A DNA stretch of 64,000 nucleotides from Dimorphilus gyrociliatus. Taxonomy: Eukaryota; Animalia; Annelida. Positions 39,652-51,721 of the stretch are shown in pieces; positions within the stretch are counted from its first letter, which is position 1, and every line of letters starts with the position of its first letter. The translations under genes were made by a program, and so were the position numbers. The notes beneath the pieces are model-generated. The model worked only from the letters and a program-made list of their open reading frames with translations. It had not been told where the DNA came from and made no database searches. The stretch spans positions 1,875,988-1,939,987 of the forward strand of contig CAJFCJ010000005.1 of assembly GCA_904063045.1 (NCBI GenBank). The letters run 5' to 3'.

Positions 39652-40339
39652 TTAGTGATTCTTTCCAGCTTTGCTTTTTTTCGCATTTCCAATCCATCCA
39701 GTTGAAGTAAAATGTTTGCATGAATGAATTTTCTATGAACAATAGATAAGGAAAAGATATTAAAATTATCATTATAAACTGATTAGCACGTTATTTTTAT
39801 ATAAATTATTGACCCTTACCCAGTATAGTTCCTTAGCTTACTTATTTCACAATTTGACGCCTTATAATTTACCTTAAATAAGCTTTTTAACTATGTTTGA
39901 AAGTAAGCAAAACACAAAAATAATTGAAATAATTGGACTATTTAAGTAGTTATTTTTTTTATATAACAAGTTTAAGTATGCAAGAAAAGCTGTCTATTTA
40001 AGAAATAAATTACATTTTTGCAGAGAAATCTATTCATCAGTAACGTTTCTATGTTATTAGCATCATTGTAGACTCGCTGCCAAGCTATTTTAAAGAATAT
40101 CAGCTCCAGCTCTATTGTAAATATATCTAATCTATCATTTTTTGAAGTATAATGTATAACTGGTATTAAAGATCCCATCAACAATAATGATACAAGTAGA
40201 AGAATAATCGAAAAATACAATATTTTTCTTCTGACATCTATCTATTTTTGAAAGGAAAAGGCAAATGCTAGTCTAATTGCCGAAGCTGATAGACTATTAT
40301 TCGTTATATAACGTTCCAATTACGAACCGTTGTAGTCAT
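39652..40339 (-). CDS. Possible small single-pass membrane protein gene (112 aa), unrecognised
   Basis: Hand model 40339-40328, 40241-40014, 39890-39873, 39732-39652, all phase-0 GT-AG. Basic RRK then hydrophobic ILYFSIILLLVSLLLMGSLIPVI. No homology recognised. Confidence 0.3.
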
Positions 40340-40557
40340 TTTAGCTCTGATATCACATGTATTATTTATATCTATATATTTATACCGTAGAGAATATTTT
40401 GTTTATATATTTTACGAAGAATACAAAGGAAACAATTTTCAAAAAACGTTTATAACGCTCATTTAAATATTATCTTGAAGACATTTGTATGTTCAATTTA
40501 ACTCCCGCCAAAAGTATTGCACTGAATGGTCACGTGATACCGTTGCTAACGCAAAAT

Positions 40558-42250
40558 ATGGCATCAGAAAAGGAAGAAATATCTTGTCAGGTTGTATCTC
40601 ATAGTAATAACTGTTTATGAATAAAAGAAGATTTTCGGGAAACTGTATTTTTTTCCCAAAACAGATACCGAAAGGTCGCGAAGAATCGCTATATAATAAC
40701 CTCAGAGAGAAATATAATGATGAAGATGAAACTAGGCTTAATATACACTTTGAATATCTTCGAAATAATATGGAGAAGGGGGTTGACTTAGGCTTTTCTT
40801 GGAAGCAGATTGTTTGCATTTGCAATCTGTGTCAGGAGATTTTAGCAGAATGCCTCGGTTAGTCGCCAAGCCCCAAAAAGAAATATGCATATAGTGAATA
40901 TATAGAAATATATATAAGGGAAGGGGCAAAAGGGAAAAAAGGGAGTAGTAGAGTTATTATTTTTCAATATCCCTCAGGAAAAAGTCTTTCCGAATCGTTG
41001 AACTTATTCAAGGACAAGCTAAACGACCTAGTCGAATTGGGTATCATCAAGGACGAACAAGCTAGGCAGTTTGGTCAATTTTATCTACAAACTTTTTTTA
41101 CCCACTTCCGCCTATATAGACTAGTTTTTACCAAGGATAGAGAAAATTGGCGGCAATACGTCCAATTATCTGTAGAACAACCGCCCAAAATTTCTGACTT
41201 GATTACAAGCAAACCATTAGACATTTACGAATATGAAGAGATCATCTCACAGCTAGATGAAAAGGAAGAAGCTAGACAAAATGAATGTGCAAGACGAATA
41301 GTCGATGAGACCCGGGAGGATGAAGAACAGATTAAGGAGGTTTACGCTCAGATCGACGCCGATGACGAGGCTCTTAAGGAAAAGGAGGTCCAATATCATT
41401 TCTCATAAATATTTCCATAAGAACGGATAGGGAATATTACTATTTTCATATATCTTTTACTTATATGCAGAAATTATCAGCTTTAATAGCAGATGTTGCC
41501 AAAGTTCATCTTGAAGCTGTTAATCACAAGATTTCACGCCGAATAGACGAAAGCGTTGCTGTAATCGATTATAAACTTAAAAAGACGCTGGTACCCAGAC
41601 CCCAAGCATTAGGTATTACCTAATTTAATAGTTTTTAACTAAAGTAGATCTTAATCACATTTTAACTATTGATCGATATATAAACTTAAAAGTATTATTA
41701 CAAAACGAAATCATTCGTATAAGAAAAAAAGCATATTACTGAAATGTTATAAAAATGAAAAGTGATAGAGGAAGACGAGGACAGCGATGAGAGCGACGTA
41801 TCGAGTTTGCCTAGTCTACCCAAACTCAATAAAACTCGAAAGAATTCAATTTCTTCGGTCAAATCCAGCAAACTAGTTAGCTCAACGCCGACAAGATCAG
41901 TCAGTAAACTCGGCAAATCCGGTAAAGAAAGCAACACGAAAAAAATACACTGAGTTAATAAAATAGGATAGAATCACGAGAAAAAATTCAGTTTGCATGC
42001 CTATTGTCACTTATATGATAGAATATTTCCCCATATAGAAATGTTACAATGTACTGATTGTGAAATAGATTATTAGTAGAAAAAATGATAGGTTAATTGT
42101 TAACGTGTTTATTTTGAAACAGGGCCTCCACCAAGATTCGATCTTAGCAGTGCTGTTGACAAGAATAGACTAGCCAAACCATTAGTGGACAATAGACCAA
42201 AGAGTAAACTCTCGTCAAGAGCTACTTCCAGGGCTAGTAAACGTAAATAA
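40558..42250 (+). CDS. C8orf74: C8orf74-like protein (CLAMP/C1a-32 family, related to CFAP119)
   Basis: Exons start 40558, 40665, 40978, 41471, about 41763 and 42123. GVDLGFSWKQIV..EILAECLGKSLSESL..TFFTHFRLYRLVF..LSVEQPP parallels remembered C8orf74. Terminal exons less certain. Confidence 0.75.
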
Positions 42251-42343
42251 TGTGTATTTTTAATAAACACGAATCGCATAGTTTAACGAAATAGTTTACT
42301 AACACTATCTTCGAAACTCATTAACCTCAATTAAAGTAACGAT

Positions 42344-44412
42344 TTACATAGACGCAACCAAATTATCCATTTTCGCTGACAAATCATTACGCTTGTTAGC
42401 GGCGGCTTGCTCCAATTCCAAATAATGTTGCTTTTGTAATTTGCCAGCGACTAATTTCTCAGCATGCGTCACTGAGGCAAGAACTTGTTCTCGAAGTTCT
42501 TTATCCAATTTTTGCAAATCGGCAACCTTGTCGGCCTCTTCAGACTGTTCTGCTTTTAGCTTTTGAGCAATAGAGTCAATTTGCCCAGTCAACTGCTTGT
42601 AGTCGGCGTCATTCTTCTTTCTAGCAGATGTGAAAGCATTACTGTCTTTAGACGATTTGAATTTATTAATGGCATCTTCATAGGATTGGACGAGAGCAGA
42701 TCTTCTATCATGGGCGGCTTGTAGTTGTTCTATCAAACTACTGACTCGGAGACGACTTTCTTCAGCTTCGTCTTTGGTTATTGAAAAATCAAGCCTCATG
42801 TAAATGATAACCGACAAGAAAAGTAGATAAAGAAATCCAACAACGAGTAAAGGTTCTTGTAGCATAAAGAATCGACGGTAAGTGTAGTAAACCTGGAGAA
42901 AAGAGATCATACCAAATTATTTTCTACTTTTAATAAAAAATTATTTATTATCTTTTACCTCAAAATCTTGAATATGGTTTTCAACCAAATTTTCCTTACT
43001 CAAAACAACAACTGGTCTTCCAACAGTATCCAAATAAGTATAAATACGTTCATCTCCTTCCCTCTTAACTGGGTATGGAGTTTTCAATTTAATATCAGAA
43101 GCACCTTCCGGTAAAACAACTTTGACTCTTGCCTGCTCGACGATTTGATCATCGAAGATATGATCAACGAAGCGTAGCTTTAGGACAAATCGATCGCCTG
43201 TCAAAATATAATCAGTGTATAACCCCGTTGGAAGATTTGATGCATATAGCAGTTCGCAAAACTTCGGTAAAAAAGTTAACTATTATTTAAGAAGACTGAG
43301 TGACAAAAGCCACATTAGTAACTTTGTCAAAGAACCTTCTATATTTTTTTACCAAAATTTAAATATTTAGTGATATACTAACCGGAATGATATAAGTATT
43401 GGTATGATGGGACGTTGTAACCTAAAACGTAATGGGTTTTCCAACCTCCAAAGAGAGGAAATCGTGGGCGGAGTTCCAATTCCATGGCATCGTCCAAGTC
43501 CTTCAAGTTGCTTGTAGAAATATTTCCAATTTCATCCCGATAATAAACATCTCGGGCTGCGGCTGGCAATAATGTCTTGAAGCTCTTGATGCTTGCTCCC
43601 TGATCCCTACTATGTTGGTAATCGTATCTTGAGAAAGAACCCTTTAAAACTGCTCCCGCATGGCGGATATCAATTGATTCCTCGATAGCAATATTTCCCC
43701 AGTGTGAAACTTCTATCAATCTCTCCAAATTGGAAACTGTAAGGAAGGGGCTGTGGTTTTCGAAATGGAGGTCTAAAGCGGCTTCGGTGAAAGGCTCTCT
43801 TTCTTCATATGGACCATAAGTAACAACAGCTTCCTTCTGTTCTACTGGCTTTGGTGATTTAGAATGACTGACTATGTTTGAAGAGGCACATTTGACAGTA
43901 GTGGTTTGCTTGGAGATTTTGTAAGGAGAATATTGATAAACATTGCCTTCAAATTTCACCAATTGCTTTTCGGTTTGAGAAATTTCAGATGGGTAGGGTT
44001 TCAGGGAGTCAACCAAAAAAATTTCAACTTCAACCACGGCATTCTTTCCGGGGATTAGCTTTTTCTTAAGATCAATTCTGTAAAATAATTTACCACTTTG
44101 GCCGGTAACTTTTACCGGTGTTGCTACCAATCTCTCATCATCCTCGTCTTTTTTCTTGAAGACAGCACCTACGTATTGTACATGCTTCCTGTAATAGCCT
44201 TCTATAGCGTAATGGAATGATTGGACTCCAGATGCGCTTGTTGTTTCCAAGGTAAGAAGGCTGATCACTTTCGGAATATGAGTTTTTAAATTGATCGTTC
44301 TTTCAACATTTGTTATTGTTATTTCTTTGCTGATTGATTCCTGAGCGGCAGATACCAATACAAGAGATAGAGCTAGCAAACTAAATAGTAATTTGCATTG
44401 CTTATCCATCAT
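42344..44412 (-). CDS. RPN1: Ribophorin I (oligosaccharyltransferase subunit 1), 3 exons
   Basis: Signal peptide; RLIEVSHWGNIAIEE, FSRYDYQ, VYYRDEIGNISTS, ELRPRFPLFGGWKT, TYLDTVGRPV, MLQEPLL TM. Exons 44412-43383, 43197-42959 and 42892-42344. Confidence 0.97.
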
Positions 44413-44765
44413 GTTTTTTAGCAGATTTTTCTAGATTTATTTTGTTGGATACTGTTTGTAGACAAAACGCCGGCTGGTGACGTAGCGTGAGCTGGCGGGA
44501 AGTACGTCATGAAGTTCTATGCTAATTACATATTAATTTTAAAAAATATTTTTAAAAATAAACTACCTTTAAAAACATTCGTAGAAATTGAAAATCTTTA
44601 CATTTTACTAAAATGTTTTTACGACAAAAACATGCGCATGCGCAGAGCAGTATATCCGAAATAAGTCGAGATTGGAATTCTGTTCTTCCACGTCAAATTT
44701 AATAAGAACTCTTAGATATAACTATTTCTTCAATGGTAATTACAATCAAACGCATCTGAAACTTT
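44413..44765. promoter_or_regulatory. Bidirectional RPN1/TBC1D22 promoter with NRF1 palindrome
   Basis: 353 bp between divergent ATGs; TGCGCATGCGCA at 44633-44644; TGACGT cores near 44478 and 44505. Confidence 0.6.
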
Positions 44766-46270
44766 ATGACATCAGATTTGTCGAGTGCCGACTTGTCGAA
44801 AGCTTCTTTCTGGAAATCAACGACTGCTAAAGTTCCTGGAAGGTACATATTTCACATCATCCCTAGTTTCTCACTAAATCAAATTGCCTCTGCAGAATGG
44901 AACCCATAAAACCAGTTTTCGGTGCTAAACATCCGCCTTGGGGGGCAAAAAAGCCAGTTAGCATACCGAGTACTCCTAGCAGAAAAGGAACTAAAAAGAG
45001 AAACGATTCCCGGCACTCATCAGATGATTCTTTTGAAAATTATGAACTAAAAACAAACGATGCTTGGGATATGAACGAAGATGATTTGATGCTCAACTTG
45101 AATATGAAAGATGTAAAAGAAACGGCAGATAAAGTCCTTTATAACCATTCAAAAGAGTCTAAATCACAAATAGCCTCAAATAGGCATCAGACCGGTCCAG
45201 GTTTAGGAAAACGTTTAGAATCACCTAATGTACAACAAGTTACCAGAACAACTCCACGAAATGATGAACGGCAATGGCAGCGATTAGATAAATTCGAAAG
45301 GCTAATATGTGCAGCTAATGTCGATTTAGAAAAATTGAGAGAAGAATCTTGGCAAGGTGTACCTCCTGAATATAGGTCAATCGTTTGGAAGATATTGTGC
45401 GGGTATTTACCTCCAGCTTTGGATAGAAGAAATGCTACTCTAAAAAGAAAACGTCAGGAATATTATACCACTATAGAACATTACTATAAACAACGTCTTC
45501 AATCAGAGCATCAAGATACTTTTAGACAAATCCACATTGACATTCCCCGAATGAGCCCACTCATACCTATTTTTCAGCAAAAAGATGTTCAAGAAGTGTT
45601 CGAGAGAATTTTATTTATTTGGGCAATTCGGAATCCCGCTAGTGGCTATGTTCAAGGAATTAATGACCTCTTAATCCCTTATTTTATCGTATTTGCTAGT
45701 GACCATATAAAAGAGACCGTTGACATATCTACGTGCACTATTTCTGAACATTTAAATTCAAAGCAGTTTGATGAAGTGGAGGCAGATAGTTATTGGTGTT
45801 TCAAAACTCTCCTAGATGGAATTCAAGACAACTATACGTTTGCCCAACCAGGAATACAGAATAAAGTTACCTGCTTAAAGAACTTAATTAGCAGAGTTGA
45901 CGATAAACTGCATGAACACTTAGAGAAAGAGAATGTAGATTTTCTTCAATTTAGTTTTAGATGGATGAATAATTTGTTAATACGAGAAGTGCCGATTTCC
46001 TGTTGCTTACGGATATGGGATACGTATTTAGCCGAGTCAAACGGCTTCGCCAATTTTCATGTTTATGTTTGTGCCGCTCTCTTACTACGTTTTAGCTCGG
46101 ATTTAAAAAGGGAAAAGGATTTTCAGGGAATTTTACTCTTCCTCCAAAATTTACCAACTCGTCAGTGGACAAATGACCAAATTAAAGAACTTCTAGCTCG
46201 AGCTTATAGCTTACAGTATACCTTCAATGATGCTCCGAAGCATTTGATAGCCAGTACAAAAAACAATTAA
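44766..46270 (+). CDS. TBC1D22: TBC1 domain family member 22 (Rab GAP)
   Basis: Exon 1 44766-44842 (MTSDL..SFWKSTTAKVPG) spliced to 44896-46270 (PVFGAKHPP). Catalytic IHIDIPR and YVQGIND motifs, FRWMNNLL, HVYVCAA. Confidence 0.95.
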
Positions 46271-46625
46271 ACTAAACAAGTCGTTTAGCTACGACTTCGC
46301 GAATTAGTAAATATCTAACGATAAAAATTGTTTGTACGGTAAAGTCATAATTTAAAAAATCAGAAATAAAAATCACCAAATGATATAAAATGATTATGAA
46401 TAGTCGTAAAAAAGATAGGCTTAATCGGTTGCGATCAGGCGCCAGTCGTCGGTTGCTTAGTAAACGCGTCAATATGGCGAATTTCGATTGGTAACGCTAG
46501 AAATTGTTAAAATGTGACGAGAATAGTAATTTAGGATAAATAGGGCCTTCCCTTACAAATTAAGTGCCAATTATTTCTTGTAATTTTTCTAACGGATAGG
46601 TGCTCTAATAAAAGAAAAGACGATA

Positions 46626-49600
46626 ATGTCGTGTGGAGAGGACATTGAAGCTCGTCCAGGAACTTTCTTTTTTTCTCAAAGGTATGCCAAATCATCTGCC
46701 GCTGAAATTACGAAACGGAAGCGAATTCCCGTTGAAGAGCTACCGGGTGAACTGCGTTTTTCCAATCTAAATCCTCGTTTAGCGGCCTATTTATCGCACA
46801 AAGAGGCGAATTTATCTGCTGAAGATGCTGAGAAAGTGGGCGATATAAATCTCGTCGTTAATCAATTGAGGCATCAGCTAGATTCGACTTTGACGAACGA
46901 CGAAGATTCTCAAAGATTCTTAATGAATGAAGCTATCATTCAAGCTCCCTCCATTCTAGCTCAACTATCTAAGTTATTATCAGCAATACGAGCTCCCATA
47001 AAGGTTCCAAAGGGTTTAGAATATCAGCTAGAAAGTGGATATGATGAATTAACTGTCGTTGTTCATTTCGTCAAAAGAGAATGGCAATTGACCGAAAATA
47101 GAGAAAAATGGGCTAAGGATCATCCAAATTTTGCGCCAACTCAGGGTATTAAGATTGATCTTGAAACAGAAACGGATAACCCGGCCGCTTCGTCTAAGCT
47201 TACTCCTAAATCTACTCCGAGAGAATACAAGCCTTCAAAACCTCAGACTTTAGCTGACATTGCGGAGTCATCTAGTTTGTCGTCTACAAAGAGTCCAAGG
47301 ACTAATAATTCTACTTCAAAACGTCACTTAGGTCCCCCCACTGCCGGTAATAGATTTTTATTCTCTTATGCAAATTTCGTAAAGAGATTGAGCAAATTTC
47401 CTTTTCAAAATGTTTAACACTCTTGTTTTTATTTCTTTGTAGGCAGAAGAGTTAAACAAAGGTCTGATTCTGTTAGAAGTGCCACTAGCAAAACAAACAT
47501 GTGTGAGTATCTATAATAGGCTTATTTTGATTTATTAAAAGACTATTTCTTGACATAGCAATCGATCAATTGTCAATGAACTACGGCTACCGAATACCCA
47601 CCATGACCTTCTCTTTAGCTAATAAGCATGAGTGTGCTGAGAACGGTTGGGTTCTTGAAGTTACTTCAGAGCCAGGTGAAGAGGAGAAATACAAAGTTCT
47701 ACGTTGGGCCATAGAAAAGCTAACATTAGCCGGCCGAAATGCCGAAGAGGAAAAGAAAAAGGAAGTTGTAAAAAAAGGACTATTTGAACCTGGTGTTAGA
47801 TATTTTGAAGAGCCTTCGGCCAAACCAAAAATAAATGAATATTTAACAGAAAACATAAGAAAAGCCCTAAAACTTCCGTTTTCTGAAATATTACTTTTTT
47901 CCTTAAGCCCAAGAATGCCTGCTGCTCCGTTTTCTAGCTCAAAATGTATGTTCTCAACAACTTCTTCAGGGGGAACAAGTATTTCTTATTACCCATCGGG
48001 CAGGGTAGCTGTTCTATGCTCTGAGGCAGATATTGGTTATTATACTATTGCATACGACGATCAGCCAATTAACAGAATGGTGGCTGTTTTCACACCTTGT
48101 GGAAACGGGACTATTTACCATCAAAATGGAGTTGCTCATTTCAATTGCAGTTCTACGGGATATATACTTTCTAATCCAAGCGGAACAATCGTTAAAAGTT
48201 GTAAATGGCCTAGTCATCGACTTCCCGATCCTGTAGTAATAAATCTGAATAGACATTTGACGTTCAAGACTGTTGCAAAGAGTTCTTCCTATCTTTTATT
48301 CACAGCTGGAAGGAACAGCTTAAGGTTTCCTGTATCACCTGTAGATGGCGCTTGTTGTCCTAGGAAGGATCAATTGGGAAAATTACAAAGCCGAATTCAG
48401 TATACATCCTTAACAGCTAAGGAATTAAGTGAAGTAAAGAATACAAAACGACGTAAGAAGTTGGACGATTCACTAAACGTTAAAAAACGGACAGAAATTG
48501 ATGAAACTTTAAGAGAACCGCTTCCGGGTGACGAATACTTCGATGAATCGGAGAGGACATTAATTAAACTGCAAAGAAAGTGTAGGCTTATAGTGGAAGA
48601 TTGGCTAGATCATTACAGATTAGCTGTAGGTTTGAAATCGGTGGAGCTACGAAAAGTACAGAGTTGGCAAAGACCTCACACTACAGCTTCTATGAAATCA
48701 TCGCCTGGAGGCGTTCGAGTAGTAATCGAAAGTTCTGCTACCGCCTTACCGGAAGTTGACGAGAAGACTTCCAGAGCTACTTCCGCCCCAGCTGGTTAGT
48801 ATAAATATTAATTTAGGAATAATGTGGTAAATTAAATATTTAGGTCGAAAAAAATATATAACATTTAATTAACAAATCAGATTCTACCTCCAATTTGTCT
48901 AGTAAGTTTTTATTCAGGGGTAAAAAAAATTCTCAAACCATAGACATAATTAACTTAAATAGAAAAGAAGCCATTTTTAATTATAATTCTTTAAGTAGAT
49001 GCCCGATATCTATTCATCTTTTCATCTATTTCTATCTGTTCTGCTTTTACGATCACTTTTCACGCTAGACCCGTCAAAGGCTACACCCAGATCTCCAATA
49101 AAATTTCGCAAAGAAGCTTCGACAGACTATCTACCTGGTAGACGTGCAGCATCCTCAACGCCTATTCGCGCTATGCAACGTCCGAAGAGTGAAGTTAGAA
49201 TGCTATCACCAGGTTTCTGGATGACTTTGCCTGAAGATGACTGGTGTGTTGTGATGTTGTAACAACGTATAGGACAACTTTTCGTTTTCTTTCTTTCTTT
49301 CTATCTTCCACTTCTTTGTATTTGCACAAAACTATAGTTATATTCACTCAATACGCACCATTTTAATTATTGGTGTTTACTTGGTTTTTTTTACTATTAA
49401 TTAACTCCAGTCAATCCTTTAAAGGTTTGATTGAGATACCCCCCGCCGTTTAAGAAGTGATCTAAATTAATATAATCAGCAGGTTTGGACGCGGGGAGAT
49501 CACCCTTAAAATCTCCGGAATTCTTCGAGGAGATTACTCTGATTGTGCCTCAATTACACCGTTCCCCACCCCATCATCCACCACCCATTCGTACCTCAAA

Positions 49601-50944
49601 ACCCCCCGATTCTACTCGCTCAGATGAGAATGCAGTTTGGAGGAGATGCCCTACAGTGTTGCGAAATCGTATTCTGGACCCAAATTTGCCGCAACTATTT
49701 CAATGTCGATGCAAAAGAAATCTGGTTCCACGGCTTACAGACTTAGAATACGACAAATTTATAGCATCGCATACCCCATCAGATCAGCTACTAATTGTTT
49801 ATATTATAAATTCGGATTATCCAGAATCTTCCGGTTCTGCTGAAAAGTTGGAAAAGTATTATATGACACAGCAAAAGGGTAGAACGTCTCCTTGCACTCA
49901 ATCTACGATGGATGATTCCCGTATCTTTTTCTATGATGTACGCACAGCAGCTGATTTGACTGACTACAGCCAACCTCTACTTGTTAGGCGTCACAACGCA
50001 TCACCCGGCTTCTTTCTTATGTACATTCGAGGCAGTCTGTTTTTTTGTGATCATGTTTTAGACGGCTACGGATTCGATAGACGGTATTTGGAGAGACAAG
50101 CGGCTCAAGTCCGTAAAAGTGCCAAAGAGAAGGGTCGGTCTCTCCCACACGATTTCCGCTTCTCTCCCCTCCAAGGCCGACCTGGCGCCAGAGCGGCCTA
50201 TGGAGGCCAAATGGCTGGACCGGGGATAGATTATTCCGGCAATCCAGGATTATCTTCCGATTACGCTCTAATGGAATTATCGGCCAGCATTAGGGACAAA
50301 CCGCTTGAATCTCAAATCGGGTAAGTCCTAATCCTCTTTCCTCTTTTATTATCCTATTATTTTTCATGTTCAACCGTATTTAATCAAAAAAAAAAAATAA
50401 TTACTCTATTAAGACTATTCGTTAATTCTTTCCTCAAAAACAGACCTGTAAATTTGTCGAATATATTTACTTCCATATTCGGTTAGAAACATCAAGGTAA
50501 AAAAAAAACATCAACTATAACCTAAAAGGAAAAAGAAACAAATACCTTTAAAAAAAACTGGGGGGAAAAATCGATTCTCTGATTCTTAATTAATTAAGTT
50601 TCATTTCCTAAAACATGGGATAAGAAGAGTAAACGACTCTTTTTTTATTTATATTTTTGCTTCATTTTTTTCTGATTTGACTAATATAATTTTTATCTAT
50701 CTTTTTTTCTTTAAAAAAAAACTATAGACTTTTTAAATTATTATTTTAGAAACACTTTTTTTTAATTCATTTTTTTTTTTCATACCAATTTTTTTTCTTT
50801 TTTTTTTTCAAATATTACGGTAACAGAACTTTATTGCCGTTTTTGGGTAAGCCGAAATTAAAGGAGAAACGTTCTTCGAAGGATATTCTACAACTTCGTC
50901 GAACGGTAACATCATTTTGTAGAGAGAGAGAGTTGTGCATTTAA
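46626..50944 (+). CDS. C3orf20: C3orf20-like FAM194-domain protein, multi-exon; last exon uncertain
   Basis: FAM194-type YYPSGRVAV..VFTPCGNG..WP..DPVVINLN; C-terminal PRLTDLEYDK..LLVRRHNASPGFFLMYIRG. Phase-consistent introns to the donor at 50321; final exon 50827-50944, or alternatively from about 50444. Confidence 0.7.
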
Positions 50945-51721
50945 ATATTTTGTATATGTATATTCTATATATTTATAGTATATACTTGCTAAAGAGCTGA
51001 AGCTAACCAGTTAGCACAAAAGCTTTATGTATGCACTTTAATTAGGCTTTGCCTTCTGGACTCATCGTCAAATCCCTATCTCTTTTAAACATCTTTACTC
51101 TTTCCTTCTCATACTAAAATGTTTCGCTTTTTGATACTAAACGTAAAAGTAAACGCCTTTTTTTTCACAACAAACCAAATTGAACTTATATTTTTTCCTC
51201 TCCATTGTTATAATAATTTATGTTAATATTAATACGAAATATTGCGTAATAGCATAATAATAATATTTGGTCAACATTTCCTACAGCAAACCGCTTTACC
51301 GGCCTTGTCCTCTTCAACTGTCACTTAAAATGGACATCAAAAGAATTGGTTTCGAAAATAAAATATTTGTAATCTCTGTCGAACATAAAACACGTTTAAA
51401 ATATAATTATTAAATAATGATAATGATAATAATAATGATAATAATAGCAATAATAATAATATATAATGTAAAAAGCCGAAACGTTTGTTTTGTTTTTTTC
51501 TTTTTTCATTTCTTATACACGAAGTACACGACTACGTTAAAAGGCCCAATTTGCAAATGTAAAAGCGCCAGTTCTTTCTCTCGTTCCCTCACACAGAAAA
51601 TTGCAGGTATATTGTAAATTTATACTTCTCTTTTTTTTTAAGTATTGTTAACACATATAGATCATTTTGTTATGTATAGGTCTAGAGATGTCTGCAGGAG
51701 AGCAGCAGTTTGAGCATATGA

